DNA from: Octopus sinensis
Lineage: Eukaryota
DNA length: 64,000 bases
Assembly: GCF_006345805.1 (NCBI RefSeq)
Contig: NC_043004.1
Coordinates: forward strand, 101,246,001 to 101,310,000
Direction: 5' to 3'
Shown: one piece after another, positions 39,199 to 52,966 of the stretch
Layout of the letters: every line of letters begins with the position of its first letter
Position numbering within the stretch: the stretch's first letter is position 1
Translations under genes and position numbers: made by a program
The notes under the pieces: model-generated
What the model saw: the letters and a program-made list of their open reading frames with translations, nothing else
Database searches by the model: none
Told to the model about the DNA's origin: nothing

Positions 39199-39537
39199 TG
39201 CTTTTATGTGGTACCAAACAGGCAATTTTATGTGGTACCAAACAGGCACTTTTATGTGGTACCGAACAGGCACTTTTATGTGATACCGAACAGGCACTTT
39301 TATGTGGTACCGAACAGGCACTATTATGTGGTACCAAACAGGCACTATTATGTGGTACCAAACAGGCACTATTATATGGTACCGAACAGGCACTTTTATG
39401 TGGTACCAAACAGGCACTATTACGTGGTACCAAACAGGCACTATTACGTGGTACCAAACAGGCACTATTATGTGGTACCAAACAGGCACTATTATGTGGT
39501 ACCGAGCAGGCACTTTTATGTGGTACCGAACAGGCAC
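39199..39537 (+). repeat. 24-bp minisatellite array 1 (about 14 units), at the end of a decayed family C element
   Basis: Unit GTGGTACC(A/G)AACAGGCACT(A/T)TTAT. Preceded by (CAT)n...ggatgcccttcctag...ggtgcttttta. Confidence 0.92.
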
Positions 39538-40343
39538 CGATCAGAAGCCTTGTCCATTGCAGGGTTACTTATTTACAGTTGAATGGATGGGGGCAACATG
39601 AAATATTTTATTCAAGAATACAATGCTCTGCTCTGTTTGGGAATTGAGCCTACGATCTACCAATCATGAGTGCAACGCCCTAACTACTTGGCCATGCGCC
39701 TTCACACACATATGCATATATATATATGTGCGTGTGTGTCTTTGTGTCTGTATTTGTCGCCCACCACTGCTTGGCAACTGGTGTTGGTGTGTTTACTACT
39801 CCATAACCTAGCAGTTCAGCAAAAGAGACTAATATAATAAGTACCAGATTTAAAAACAAAAAAGGTACTGAGCTCAATGCATTCAACAACAAAAAAATTC
39901 TTCAAGGCTGTGCTCCAGCATGGCAGCGGTCTAATGACTGAAACAAGTAAAAGATAATGTGTGTGAATATGTATGTATGGAGATATATATATATATATAA
40001 TATGTGTGTGTGTTTGTTTACTCACACACACCAGCTCCAAACACACATACATACACACAATTGTGAAAACTGATTATGCAGATTTTCTTCCCATTAGATG
40101 TAAACATCATTAAGTCTTACCATATTTAGAGAACTGTCATTTTCCATCTGTCTAATTTGGAAATAATTTCTCATTCTTTATTTATCGTGTGAATGTGCGG
40201 AGAGAGATCTTTAATAATCAGGATTATGGTTCTATCTTTAGTTTCTTATTTTTAGTGTAAAAGGAAGTAGAATAGTTGCAACTGGCCTGGTTGATAAGTT
40301 ATTGGACTACTGACTGGAAAAGTCGACAGTTCATTGCCCATTG

Positions 40344-40645
40344 GAGTTAGTTAGTTAATTTTTTGGCTCAAAAAGCAAAAAGCAAGGCCATGTAGGGGGA
40401 CGTGGAGTTAAGTACAGGCTGGTGTTCATGTAAAGAGTTCGGGCCGCTTGAGGTCAAGGGAGACTTTGAACAAAGCGGTCGTCGGCATCTTCACCATATC
40501 GTCTGGCAGCTTGTTCCACGGATCTGCAACCCGGACGAAGAAAGCTCCTCTCCTTCGATTGAGATGAAATCGTCGCAGGTAGAGCTTTTCGGAATGACCC
40601 CGCAGCCTACGAGTTGTCCCTCTGTCCGTCATCTCCTTTCTTATC
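40344..40645 (-). mobile_element. CR1/L2-clade LINE 3' fragment
   Basis: ORF 40426-40632 RGHSEKLYLRRFHLNRRRGAFFVRVADPWNKLPDDMV...FKVSLD is the typical ORF2 C-terminus. (AACT)n tail. Confidence 0.85.
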
Positions 40646-40768
40646 AGTAATAAAAAAAAAAAGCAAAAATAGCAAAAGGCAATGTGAACTTATCGCATTC
40701 GGAAAAGGGGAAAATACTAGGAATTACCTACAGGATTCATTCACAGCGGTACAAACTATGTGTTAGGT

Positions 40769-41519
40769 CAGTGGTTCCCAAAAGGTGCAGCGTGCCTCAA
40801 AGGTGCAAGAATGAGGAAAGCAGGTGAGGCAGAATGATTGAAAGACAATCAAACATTTAGATACAGTTTCAAAAAATTCATATGCTAAAATTAAATATGG
40901 TGGGGGCACATGGCCTAGTGGTTAGAGCAGCGGACTCGCGGTCGAGGCATCATGGGTTCAAACCTCAGACCAGGCGATGTGTGTGTTTATGAGTGAAACA
41001 CTTAAGCTCCATGTGGCTCCAGCAGAAGGTAATGATGAACTTCTGCTGACTTTTTCACCACAACTTTCTCTCTCTCTTTCCTCCTGCATCTTGCAGCTCA
41101 CCTGTGATGGACCGGTGTCTTGTCCAGGTGGGGAACCTATATGCCAAGGAAACCGGGAAAATGGCCCTATGAGCCAGGCGTGGCTCGAGAAGGAACAAAC
41201 AAAATTAAATATGATTTCAAGATTTTAAATAGTATTACGAATTACTTGTAACTGCATGCATGAGTCCCAGTAAAAATAGTTATAAATAATCATCAATCAA
41301 TTTTATCATTGTGATATTTTTGCATTATATCAAGAATTAAGAATATAGTAACTAGGTTCTATAAATGGGAAGAGGCAGTTATCAATAATAAAGTTCTGAC
41401 TTCATATCTGCAGTTATCTCCCTTTAGTCCCCCACTCTCTACCTCTCTACCTTTGGTGAGGTGCAAGCAAATTTTCTTTCCAAAAATGCAGCTCAGAGAA
41501 AAAAAATTGGGAACCACTG
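40769..41519. mobile_element. hAT (Charlie-like) MITE containing a family D SINE
   Basis: TIRs CAGTGGTTCCCAA and TTGGGAACCACTG. Decayed 8-bp flanks TGTTAGGT and CATTAGAT. Confidence 0.75.
40900..41200 (+). mobile_element. Family D-type SINE with a third tail type, 13-bp TSD
   Basis: TSD AAAATTAAATATG at 40887-40899 and 41201-41213. tRNA-like head GGGGGCACATGGCCTAGTGGTTAGAGCAGCGGACTCGCGG. Confidence 0.9.
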
Positions 41520-41989
41520 CATTAGATCCATCTTGTATTATACCAGTGTTACTTGGGTACCTTTAATCTTAAAGGACATAAAAATAAGTGTATTTCAATG
41601 ATTGAAATGTTGTTGTAGTCTGTGTTGCACATTCAGTACTCAAAATACAAAAGTACTCAAAATACAAAAGTACTCAAAATACAAAACCATCTTCACATGT
41701 GTGTAATGCAGAGTTTTTCTCTGCAGCAAACACCAACCTTGACAATTCCTGCCTCTAGATGTACAACTATTCCTAAACACACCCACACTCTCTCAGAACA
41801 CTGCTATGAGATTATCATAAAAGTATCACTGACTTCTCAGTCCTGAGGAAGATGTAAAAATGCATACACACAGTGGAAGAATCTGAAAGCCATCCTCTAC
41901 ATAGACAGAGAACTAATAACTGCTACTTAGCAGTAACCACCACTTCTTCATAGTTGCTTGACTTTCTAGAAATAGCAAATTGCCTCAGG

Positions 41990-43550
41990 TCACATCTAAT
42001 TGTGTTGAAAATGGATGGACGTGTGGGATTCGAGATGTACAAAAAAAACAAGTCGCAGCTGGAACATCTTTGATCATAGGTTTACTCAAAAATGGAATAC
42101 AACTCAACTAGAAGATTTAGATTATGCAGATGCCATTTGTTTGTTTTCATACATGCCTCGAGAATTACAAGACAAATCCGAATGACTTAATCAAATAGCC
42201 AACAGCATAGGTCTCAAAACCAATGAGAAGAAAACGCACACTCTTTGTAAAAATATAACAGATGCTGACCATGTGACTTTGAACAACAAACATAATAGTG
42301 CCTGTTTGGTACCACATAAAAGTGCCTGTTTGGTACCACGTAAAAGTGCCTGTTTGGTACCACGTAAAAGTGCCTGTTCGGTACCACATAATAGTGCCTG
42401 TTTGGTACCATGTAAAAGTGCCTGTTCAGTACCACGTAAAAGTGCCTGTTCGGTACCACATAATAGTGCCTGTTCAGTACCACATAATAGTGCCTGTTCG
42501 GTACCACGTAATAGTGCCTGTTTGGTACCACATAATAGTGCCTGTTCGGTACCACGTAATAGTGCCTGTTCGGTACCACGTAAAAGTGCCTGTTCGGTAC
42601 CACGTAAAAGTGCCTGTTCGGTACCACATAATAGTGCCTGTTCGGTACCACATAATAGTGCCTGTTCAGTACCACATAATAGTGCCTGTTTGGTACCACA
42701 TAATGGTGCCTGTTCGGTACCACATAATGGTGCCTGTTCGGTACCACATAATAGTGCCTGTTCGGTACCACGTAATAGTGCCTGTTTGGTACCACGTAAT
42801 AGTGCATGTTCAGTACCACATAATAGTGCCTGTTCGGTACCACATAATAGTGCCTGTTCAGTACTACATAATAGTGCCTGTTCGGTACCACATAATAGTG
42901 CCTGTTCGGTACCACGTAATAGTACCTGTTCGGTACCACATAAAAGTGCCTGTGCAGTGTCACATAAAAGCACCAATCTAACTAGGCACCAAAATAACAA
43001 TGGATGGAGACTACATTCATGAAATAAATACAAGAATCAGCAAAGCCAACCAATCATTTGGTATGTTAAATTCAATATGGAAATTATTAATACTCAGCAA
43101 GAGCATCAAATTACAATATTACAAAAGCAACATTCTTAGCTTCCTCCTCTATGGATCCAAATGTTGGAAAACAACCAAAAGTATTGAAAAGAAATTGGTG
43201 TTTCAAACTAAATGTTTACGAAAAATTTTTAAGTTCTACTGGCTGAATATGATCTCGATTAGCCAACTACATACCAAGGCTAACGTGAAACCAGTAAGAG
43301 AAACCACTGAAATAAGGAGATGGAAATGGTTGGGTCGAGTTTATCACTATAAACCAAACTCAGTTATCAGGACTGCTTTACAGTCGGTTCCACCAGGTAA
43401 AAGGCAACATGACCAACCAAAGGAAATGTGGCAGAAAAGAATAATAAAAGGTCTTAAAAGCAGAGGGTCAACAATGGAACAAGCTCACAAGGACGCTTTC
43501 AGTGTTAGACTGTGGAATGATCTTACTGTTAGGCACAATGAGAACTGAAT
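41990..43550 (+). mobile_element. Dead RTE-clade LINE ORF2 fragment, interrupted by minisatellite array 2
   Basis: LEDLDYADAICLFS (YADD decayed to YADA, with a downstream stop)...IGLKTNEKKT...LNNK, then the array, then LGTKITMDGDYIHEINTRISKANQSFGML...LLYGSKCW...RRWKWLGRV, the RTE C-terminal motifs. Confidence 0.88.
42290..42975 (-). repeat. 24-bp minisatellite array 2 (about 28 units), inverted relative to array 1
   Basis: Unit AT(A/T)(A)TAGTGCCTGTT(C/T)GGTACCAC, typically ATAATAGTGCCTGTTCGGTACCAC, is the reverse complement of the array 1 unit. Confidence 0.92.
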
Positions 43551-44889
43551 GAATGAATTACTCAATTAGGGTTGACTCTGGGTTAAACAATAACTGAATC
43601 ACAAAAATTAGGCTGTGGTTTAGGATTTAAGACATCAAAATGCCCAGGCTGCCACATGGTATCTGATACAATATCCCCACTATGCACAGACTACCACACG
43701 ATACTCCATATTATGTACTCAGCACACAGAACTGCTATATCAGTGGTTTTCAACCAAGGTCTATATGGCCCTTGGGGGTCCATATAAGATTTTTGTTGTT
43801 AAAATTTTTGTGCAATGAATTACTTACACTTCTACAATACACAAAATATTTAAATTGTTCTTGACCTTACAAGTGCCAGAACCATTTTTAAAAAAGTGGG
43901 GGGGGGGCATCCAGCCATGCCCGAGTAGTTTGGTTGCTTGTTTGATGCAGTTCTCTGGCTTACTGGCCCTCGTCGATCTGTCCAACCAACCCATGCCAGC
44001 ATGGAAAAATGGATGTTAAATGGTGATGATGATGATGATGATGATGTTGATGATAGTAATGAACTTTCTAAAAGTAGCCGAGTGAGTTGGGGAAAAGATG
44101 AATGGATTGGAGTGGTGCTTTACTTGAAACATAAGTGTAAATCATTGACTCTAGATCTTGTCGATTCAGTAGTAGTTGACTTGTGTCTGTGTGCGAGGTT
44201 TAGTATGTCTGTTTTTGTATGTCTAAACATAGTATGTGGTTGTTTATAAATGGACATGTGCATGGATACACGTATGCACACACATGCATACATTCACACA
44301 CACGTCTTCCATCTCTCTCACTCTTTACCTCAGTCTCACACTCTCCTTCCCTCTCTCTCTTGTTCCCCCTCACTCTCTGCCTCCTTTTTACTCCCTCCTT
44401 CCCCCTCACTCTCTGCCTCTTTTTTACTCCCTCCTTCCCCCTCACTCCCTCCTTCCCCCTCACTCTATGCCTCCTTTTCACTCCTCCTTCCCCCCACACT
44501 CTTTCCCTCTCTCTCACTATACACATTATTAATTCTTAATCTTTTGTATTTTTTTTATCTTTTTCATTTTATTTTTATTATCTATCATAATTAAAGACAG
44601 CAAACTGGCAAAAGTGTTCCCACTCCAAACAAAATACTTAATGCCATTTCTTTCTGACCCTTCACATTATAAGTTCAAATGCCTCCAAGGTCAATTTAGC
44701 CTTTTATCATTTGGTGGGGTTGATAAAATAGGTATCATCGGAGCACTGGGGTCAGTGTAATTGGCTTGCCCCATCCCCCAAAATTTTAGCTTTGTACCTA
44801 GAGCACAAGGAATTATTTATCATTAATATTATCATAATTTACTTCTTTACCATTTCACTGTCCTTATTGTTATTATTAGTAATTCTACT

Positions 44890-45700
44890 AAGGCGGTGAG
44901 CTGGCAGAAACGTTAGCACACTGGGCGAAACACATAGCCATATTTTGTCTGCCGTTACGTTCTGAGTTCAAATTCCTCCGAGGTCGACTTTGCCTTTCAT
45001 CCTTTCGGGGTCGATTAAACAAATACCAGTTACGCACTGGGGTCGATGTAATCGACTTAATCCGTGTGTCTGTTCTTATTTAGCCCCTTGTGGGTAGTAA
45101 AGAAATAGGTATTTCATCTACCGTTACGTTCCGTGTTCAAATTCCACCGAGGTTGACTTTGCCTTTCATCCTTTCAGGGTCGATAAAATTAGTACCAGTT
45201 ATGCACTTGGGTCGATATAATCAACTTTATCCCTTCCCCAAAATTTGAGGCCTTGTGCTTCCAATAGAAAGGATTATTAGTAATTCCACTGAGGTTGACT
45301 TTGCCTTTCATCCTTTTAGGGGTCAATAAAATAAACACCTGTTGAGAACTGGGGGGGGGTGATGTAATCGACTTAGCCCCTTCCCTAAAATTGCTGGCCT
45401 TGTGCCAGAATTTGAAACCATTATTATTAATAGTGGTGGCAGCAGTAGCACTAGTAGTAGTAGTAGTAGTAGTTGCAATGGTGACTGACAGAATCAGTGA
45501 AGTTGTTGACAAAATACTTTGTGATAGTTAGTTTTGTTCCTTTATATTCTGAGTTCAAATCCTGCCGAGGCCAACTTTGCCTTTCATCCTTTCAGGGTTT
45601 GCAGCAAAGTACCTGTGAAATACTGGGGTTGATATAAACGACTGCTCCCTTCCTCTCCAAATTTCAAACCTTGTGACTTTGTGAGAAAGTATTTTCATTG
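44890..45700 (+). mobile_element. Tandem cluster of SINE family B units upstream of exon A
   Basis: About four gaggtcgactttgcctttcatcc blocks in the same orientation. Confidence 0.85.
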
Positions 45701-45782
45701 CCAGAACCATTATAGCAATGGTTAGTTCTCAGAAAATTGATTCCTTGTTTTTTAAGGCCTCGTTGGGATCTAATCTAAGCAA

Positions 45783-45957
45783 AGCGCAGGTTGGCTGCGT
45801 GGTAAGAAGCTTGCTTCCCAACCACACGGCTCTGGATTCAGTCCCACTGCATGAGACTTGGCAAGCGTCTTCTACTTGGACAAATACCTTCTACTATAGC
45901 CTTGGACCGATTAAGGCCTTGTGAGTGGATTTGGTAGACAGAAACTGAAATAAGCAC

Positions 45958-45996
<39 letters not shown>

Positions 45997-46200
45997 CTCC
46001 CCACCACCACCACCACTTGACAACCAATGTTGGTGTGTTTATGTCCCTCCCTATAACTTAGCAGTTCAACAAAAGAAACTGATAGAATACATACTAGGCT
46101 TAGAAAAGAATAAGTCCTGGGGTCGATTTCTTTGGCTAAAACCCTTAAAGGTGGTGCTCCAGCATGCCCGCAGTCAAATGACTGAAACAAGTAGAAGAAT
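45783..46200 (+). mobile_element. SINE family A ending ~140 bp before exon A
   Basis: Head gcgcaggttggctgcgtggtaag and tail gtcaaatgactgaaacaagt. Confidence 0.85.
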
Positions 46201-46338
46201 AAAAAGCAAGAAATTTAATTTCACATTCCCTTTTTCTCCAAGATTTCTAGGTTTTAATATCATAATTTCTGATTTAATGAATATTTTTTAGTCTCCGTCA
46301 CCAATATTGTCATCCTTTTTCTCTGTCTCATGACCCAG

Positions 46339-46448
46339 GTGTGAAAGTAAAAGATCTTGTTCATTTAAAGTGACAAATGAGTTGTTTGGCGGAGACCCTT
46401 GTAGTGGAACTCCGAAATATCTAGAGATCAAATACCGATGTCAGTTTG
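46339..46448 (+). CDS. Cirl: Lectin-domain C-terminal half, variant exon A (110 nt, phase 2 to phase 1)
   Basis: Acceptor cctttttctctgtctcatgacccag| and donor TTTG|gtaaga. Encodes (R)CESKRSCSFKVTNELFGGDPCSGTPKYLEIKYRCQF(G), with the DPC and KYL motifs, and splices in frame to 36270. Not in the ORF track. Confidence 0.9.
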
Positions 46449-49400
46449 GTAAGAAAGGAAATGGTAATATGCACACGCTTGCATGTACCTGCCATTCTCA
46501 ACCAAATCATATGGCTGTTTTAGCTTTCCAAGGCTAAATCAAACTTCCTGGGACTGTGTCTTCTGTGTTTGTTATTTTCACTGCTTTTCAATTAGTATAT
46601 TCTATGATCTTCTTTTTGTGTCTTTGATTATACATATATTTGAACTGATTATATAAACCACCAGTCAAAGTGGAATCAGTTATTCTCATTGGCTGTAGTT
46701 TTAATTTGAACTCAAATATTTGAATGTGTTTATATATACATAGTCTGACACTTAAAGATGATCAGAGAATATACTGATCAAGACATGTTAGACACTGAAA
46801 ACACAAAAGATGAAATGAAACAGTCCATTTTTACCCTCTTTTATTCTTTAAAATATATCTGCCTTATGAAATTATAGCAATTTTAGTGAAATTTCATGTC
46901 TTGACCAGCTACCGCAGGTAAACTTTGCACCCAGCTTGCCACCTAAAAACTTTTTCCAGACCACTGAACATCAATCCATCTTGCACGTTACCCTACCAGT
47001 GCATTTTCATCAAGCCTGTTACTTCAACCTTCCTCCAATCAGCCATAAGGCATGCATTTTAAGAGTGTAAAAAAAGACATATTCTGAAAGATATTTGTAT
47101 AATCAGTTTTAAAAATAACGTGTAAAAATCTAGTTTCACATAACAGCTGCTGCGGATTGAAATAATGTAGTTGATTAGTTTCTCAAATTGAATTCTTGAC
47201 AATTTACAATTTCCATGTCCTAGTTTTCGAGTTGTATCTAGAAGTTTCTGTAGTTAGTTAAACATTTTTAGCAAAATTCTTTAGAAAGGACTCTCATAAT
47301 TTTAAATCAGTAATTTAGAGAAAACTAATTTAAATTATATTTTCTGTATATTCCAGCATAAAAAAAATTTTTTTTTTGCTCCTTTCTTTTAATTCTGAAG
47401 TCTTACACTTATGTCAGAAATCCCTATTACACAGATATTTACTGGGAGGTTCCTCATCATTGTTTTGACCAGACTCTTTAAAAAAAAATCACATTTTATT
47501 CATTATAAAAGATATATTTACAAAATTTAAGTCATTTAAGTTATAATTAGTATTTTCATGATGACAATTATCAAGAGTTGTTAATTTTTATAGATATGGC
47601 ATCATGGTATTTCCTATAGATACTTACAATCACAGCTTCATATTCACCCAGTCTCACTCACACAATGTCTTCAAAGGCCTTGTGCCAAGTTTTGGCCAAA
47701 GATATGGTAATTTGAATCCAAACCACTGCCATATGGAGATGTAGGGGGTCTTGTTAATTAAGTAAACCACATCCTGTTTTTATGAAGAACCAGACATGAT
47801 CAAGTATTCAGCTAAGACTACAACCACTAGGAGACCTTTTCTATTATTGATTCTTACATTTCCTGTTTTTACCAAAGACTCTATAAGTAAGACCTCCTAG
47901 AGCTCCTACATTCTTGAGTTCATTGATTTACTTCTGATAATTTCTCTAGATAAAAAAGCAAAACAATTGGGACAGGAGAAGAAATGGAGAAGAATCAAAT
48001 ATAAGACTTATTATTCACTCTATAAACTCATTTCATTACTTGGAATTTTCAAACAAATTTTGATTATTGTTAATGATGAAAAACTGTTAAAATATCAGAC
48101 AAACATTACCTGATATCATTAAGATTATATAATCCCATTATTTTAGATTAAGATTAAGAATGATTCTGTATTTAATTTTTTAAAGGTTTATAGTTTAGTA
48201 TCAATCAAAATTAGATTTATTTCTTGATCATTAATAAGAGTATTGAACTAGTTTTGAGTATAGGGATGTACAAGTTGTTACCAAATAGAATCCATTACTG
48301 AGGCAGATTCTTGATTTACAATAGTTCCATCAACCATCTTCTACACTCTAAAAGATTTTATTGGCATTTCTTGAATATTTTGTGGCAGCAACTGATGCTG
48401 GAGTATTTACATATATATTGGATATATATATTGTAGAATGTTTGATAAAATTAGGAGACAATTCTGAAAGCAGAAGAAAATTATTTTTTGTAAATACTTC
48501 AAAAGTAACAATGCAGTTAAGTTTAAAATTCCAAATACTTCAACATTAGAAGAAAAGTATAACCAGCTGTTACTTCTAAGTATATCTTGATAACATGTAC
48601 CCTACTTTGCTAGTTGTTTTAAGTGCCTATATTGTCCTGAACAAGCACAAACATTCTCTCATCCTCTTTCATCCTTGACCTAGCTGCACATCCAGAATAT
48701 GACAGCTGTAGCAGCACTTGGCTGGTATTCATTTACAGTTAAATAGACTGTAGCAATGTGAAATGAAATGCCTTGCTCAAGGATACAGCATGCCATCCAT
48801 CTGGCCTAGGAATTGAACCCTCAACCCTATGATCATGAGCTGAATACCCAGCTGCTAGACCACATCCCTTCAGTATGCATTTACACACACACACACACGT
48901 GTGCACCCACCCTCATATACATATGTTATTTTTAAGAATATGTATTTATCTGTTATTGGTAATTCATCCCCTCCACTGCCTCTTTCCACTTCCTCCCCCA
49001 TTCATTTTTTTTTTTTTAATACCTGATATGAAAGGTTTTCTTTGGCTGATTGATTGGAATGTTATAGGCTTGCATGATAGAAATGTTTGTGTTCCTTTGA
49101 CTCTCATTTTCTATGCCAATGCAAAAGGAACCTGTTCAAAATGTTTTCATCTTTACATGGCATCTTAAGCTATTTTTATTTAAGGAAAACCCAAAACATT
49201 CTATATGATTATTATTATTATTATCATCATCATCATTTGGTGTCTTTGAGTTGGTGAATGATTATTTAAAATGAACATTTATATTACCATTATTTCATTT
49301 TATTGTTTCTAATTGTACTTATAAAATTGATTCATGACAAATCTCAAATGTTTTCTGTATGATGTTTCAAGACTTTACTGATCCAAAACAATAATTCCTA

Positions 49401-50737
49401 CTACTGCTGGAAAGAATAGAAAACCAAGGTGATGAATGAGTGGGTGATGAATGAGTTGGAAGCAAACAGGAACTCCTTAAGTGTCTTCAAAATTAAGCCC
49501 TCCTTCTTTCCTTTTGTTCACACATATACAACTTTTGTATATGTGTGTGTGTGTGTGATAAACAATGGTTGCAGGGAGTTGTAGGTTTTAAAAGCTAAGT
49601 AGTAGTAGTACCCTCTTGAGGGCATTATGAGCTCACAGCATAATAGCAAATGTTAAAGAATGCTATAGTGGGGGTGGGGATGGAGTTTTAGAGGTGTGGA
49701 GATTTTTCTTAGAAATAAAATATTTAACTCTTTACCATTTAAACCAGCCATAACCAGTCCAAAAATTCTACTTGTTTTATGTTCAAACCGACCAGATCCA
49801 GCTTTCACATCTACCCTACAATGTCATTCTAAGAATAAAACAACCCCATCATCAAAATCTCACAAGATAATGCATGATTAATTCAAAACAAGGTTAATAA
49901 AAAAGCAATAGATTTGGTGGAGTAATTTGAATGTTTTAGGGTTAAACTTAGGTGGCTTTTATTTTAAACACATTTATAGGGAAAAACAAAAAACATTTTT
50001 GTCAGATTAAAATAGGGAGATAAGGCATTGTGTTTATGAGTTATCAGAAAGATGACTGATGATGCACCAAGGTCCAGTATGAGTAGTTATTTCTATAAAA
50101 ATCTTAACATAAGGGATAGAGAGAGCACTGATCCATGCAAAATTCTATTTTGAAGTACATGTTATATGGGATAGTATAACAAAATATGGATAATAAACCA
50201 CTGAGCATAATTAGCTTGTTTGATTAAAATAATTGCCCCACCCTCTTTTTTTTTTTTTTTTGCGTAGTATGTAAAGAGGGCATTTGTAAAATGCCATTCA
50301 TTGAAAGGAAGGAGACTACCAATAGCTGAGAACCACTGAGTGAGACCCAACTAATCAGTTTACCCATCTAATTATCTGTAGTTTCTGTATAAGTTGTATA
50401 TATTATGACTTGTAGCAAAAGTTGATTGAACTATTGACAAAAGACGCCATGCACCTAAAACCTAAGTCTCTGTTCCAACACACTCACACTTTATACCACC
50501 AACACACCCTTATACTGTTTTAAGCCTCATTATATTTAATATTTCAGTTGTGTTTTCCATATACCTCCAGATGGTTTTAATTCTATGCACTCACACACTT
50601 GAACTATACTGATCTCTCCAACTTATACAATATTGCTTCCTCATAATTAGTTGAATTGTAAATATCAACCAAAGTTAATCTTATTGTTTATATTGATATT
50701 TACATTCAGTTTATTTGGTAATCATAAAGTGCCATAG

Positions 50738-50771
<34 letters not shown>

Positions 50772-52483
50772 CTTAGACTTGGCACAGAATTCCTGAATCT
50801 TCACATTTCTGTTTACTAGAGTAGTGAAAAAGGGTTGATTCATGTACTATAATTTAGTTTTGTGTAATCCAATAAATCAACTTCAGATGGCTATATTTAT
50901 ATACATATATGGCCATGGGGCTAGGATTTAACCCTTTTGATTACAACTTGCCTGAGATCATCCCTGGTTCTATGATACAAACTTCTTGTTTCAAAGTGAG
51001 CTACATTGTAATGAAACTTCATGTTAGTTTATGCCCCAAACGCCAGCTTTAATAAGGACAAAATGGTTTTCCTAAATCTTGCAACAGAAATATGGTAACA
51101 AAAGTTTTAATCTCTTGAGTCTATACTGCAACACCCTGAAATAACAATTCAGTTGATATCCATAGGTTTAACTTCAAATAATACTGGTTCATAACTGAGT
51201 CACATTTTATCTTTCAATGTTGGCATAATTTAAAAAGTAAGTAAAGTTATATATATTTGCATGAGTGCCTTTCTTGAATGAAGCAAGTGTTTTGGCAGCC
51301 AGGTTTTTCTTTTTGTTTCCACTTCTATAGTGTGACACTGAATAGATAACAAAGCGCTATTAATTAAACTTATAATACAATGATTCTACGAGAGGTTTAA
51401 ACTCCTTGCTTTTCAGTTACAGTCCAGTAACATTCACACTCGACAATCACACATAAATTTCCAAGGAAGCACTAAGAATCCTTTCGCTGACATATTTTCT
51501 TTAAAAGTTATTTGTTACATTTCTTCTTTTTTATTTCTTCTTTGCCCCACCTAACATCAACTACTTGTCTTTCAACTATCAATGATATCCATTGTTTGTA
51601 GTTAAAAGAGATAGAAACGTGTAAAGTGTTTTTCTCGTTTGAGGCAACAACCTAGTGTCTGCAGTTGGTTCTAGTCATCTTAGCAATCCACAGGGCCTAA
51701 TAAAGATTCTCTAATTTCCCAAGCTATTCAATAACTATGTTATTGTACCATTCTGCAACAATATGTAAACTAAGCCCTAAGGCTGGTTATTAGCAATAGG
51801 AATAGCTTCCCTCAGTGGGTCAACTTTAACCTGAAATTTTGCATTGATAACATTGACATAAATAGATAGCATTTTCTATTTCCTTTTTTCTGTTTATACA
51901 TTTTCCTCATAAAATAATCTAGTTAAGTCTCTCTCTCTGTAAATAATATAAGTACCACACACACACACATTATCTATAAATAAATGTTTATTTAACTATA
52001 CGAAGAATTATATTCATGAGAGAAATAAATGTTTCCCTCACACATACACACACATAATCTCACACACACATATACATCTGTTTATTCATTAATATACCTT
52101 TCTACCTCATCATTTTCCTTCTTCACTTTGCAACCCTTCTGATTAAAGTATCATTGACTAGTGGCCCCGTTGCTAATGTTGCTTGACAGATTAAGTAGTT
52201 TCAAATTCAGGAGATTGCAGAAGAATCTGAACTCTGTAGACTACACAGCCAAGGTAGGTAGGATATGGTTGAGGAAGGTAAACTGTCTTACAGGAGGATC
52301 CAATATTATCGTTAACATATGACCTAAAATAAGTTCTGATATGAATACAACCTCTATAATGAAGGTGGAGACGATGGATATTGTTATAGCTTTGCTATAA
52401 CAATCTCTACACAACACCATTATCTCTACCACCTCCACCACCACCACCACAACTTATTAATAAAGTACTTATACGTGTGTGTG

Positions 52484-52545
52484 TGTGTACACAAATTTAT
52501 ATTTAGGTAGACAAACTAAAGAAAACGTAGTCGTTACTCTCTCTC

Positions 52546-52581
<36 letters not shown>

Positions 52582-52685
52582 TATATATAAATATATACAC
52601 ACACACACCACACACACACACACACACACAGACATATATATATATATATATATATATAAATATATACACACACACACACAGACAT

Positions 52686-52720
<35 letters not shown>

Positions 52721-52887
52721 AATATATACACACACACAGACATATATATATATAAATATACACACACACACCACACACACACATATATATATATATAATA
52801 TATACACGCACACACACACATATATATATATATATAAATATATACACGCACACACACACACACATATATATATATAATATATACACG

Positions 52888-52919
<32 letters not shown>

Positions 52920-52966
52920 AATATACACACACACACATATACATATATATATATATATATATATAT
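52484..52966. repeat. Compound (TA)n/(CA)n satellite with higher-order units
   Basis: Repeated (TA)nAA(TA)n(CA)n(GACA) blocks. Confidence 0.9.

Noticed and set aside
41635-41685. 17-bp tandem triplet AGTACTCAAAATACAAA
   Set aside because: Short local slippage or MITE remnant with no further structure.
39158-43033. Long 8-residue-periodic ORFs (VPHNSACS, CGTEQALL, YYVVPNRH) and a CRISPR-like look
   Set aside because: All six frames are open because the 24-bp unit has few stops. There are no unique spacers and no cas genes, and the context is eukaryotic.
43000-43548. 182-aa ORF as a host gene
   Set aside because: It is the C-terminal part of a dead RTE ORF2.
52211-52253. Possible small exon cag|GAGATTGCAGAAG...CCAAG|gtaggt
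   Set aside because: Splice-like ends but no pyrimidine tract and no recognisable peptide. Unsupported without RNA data.
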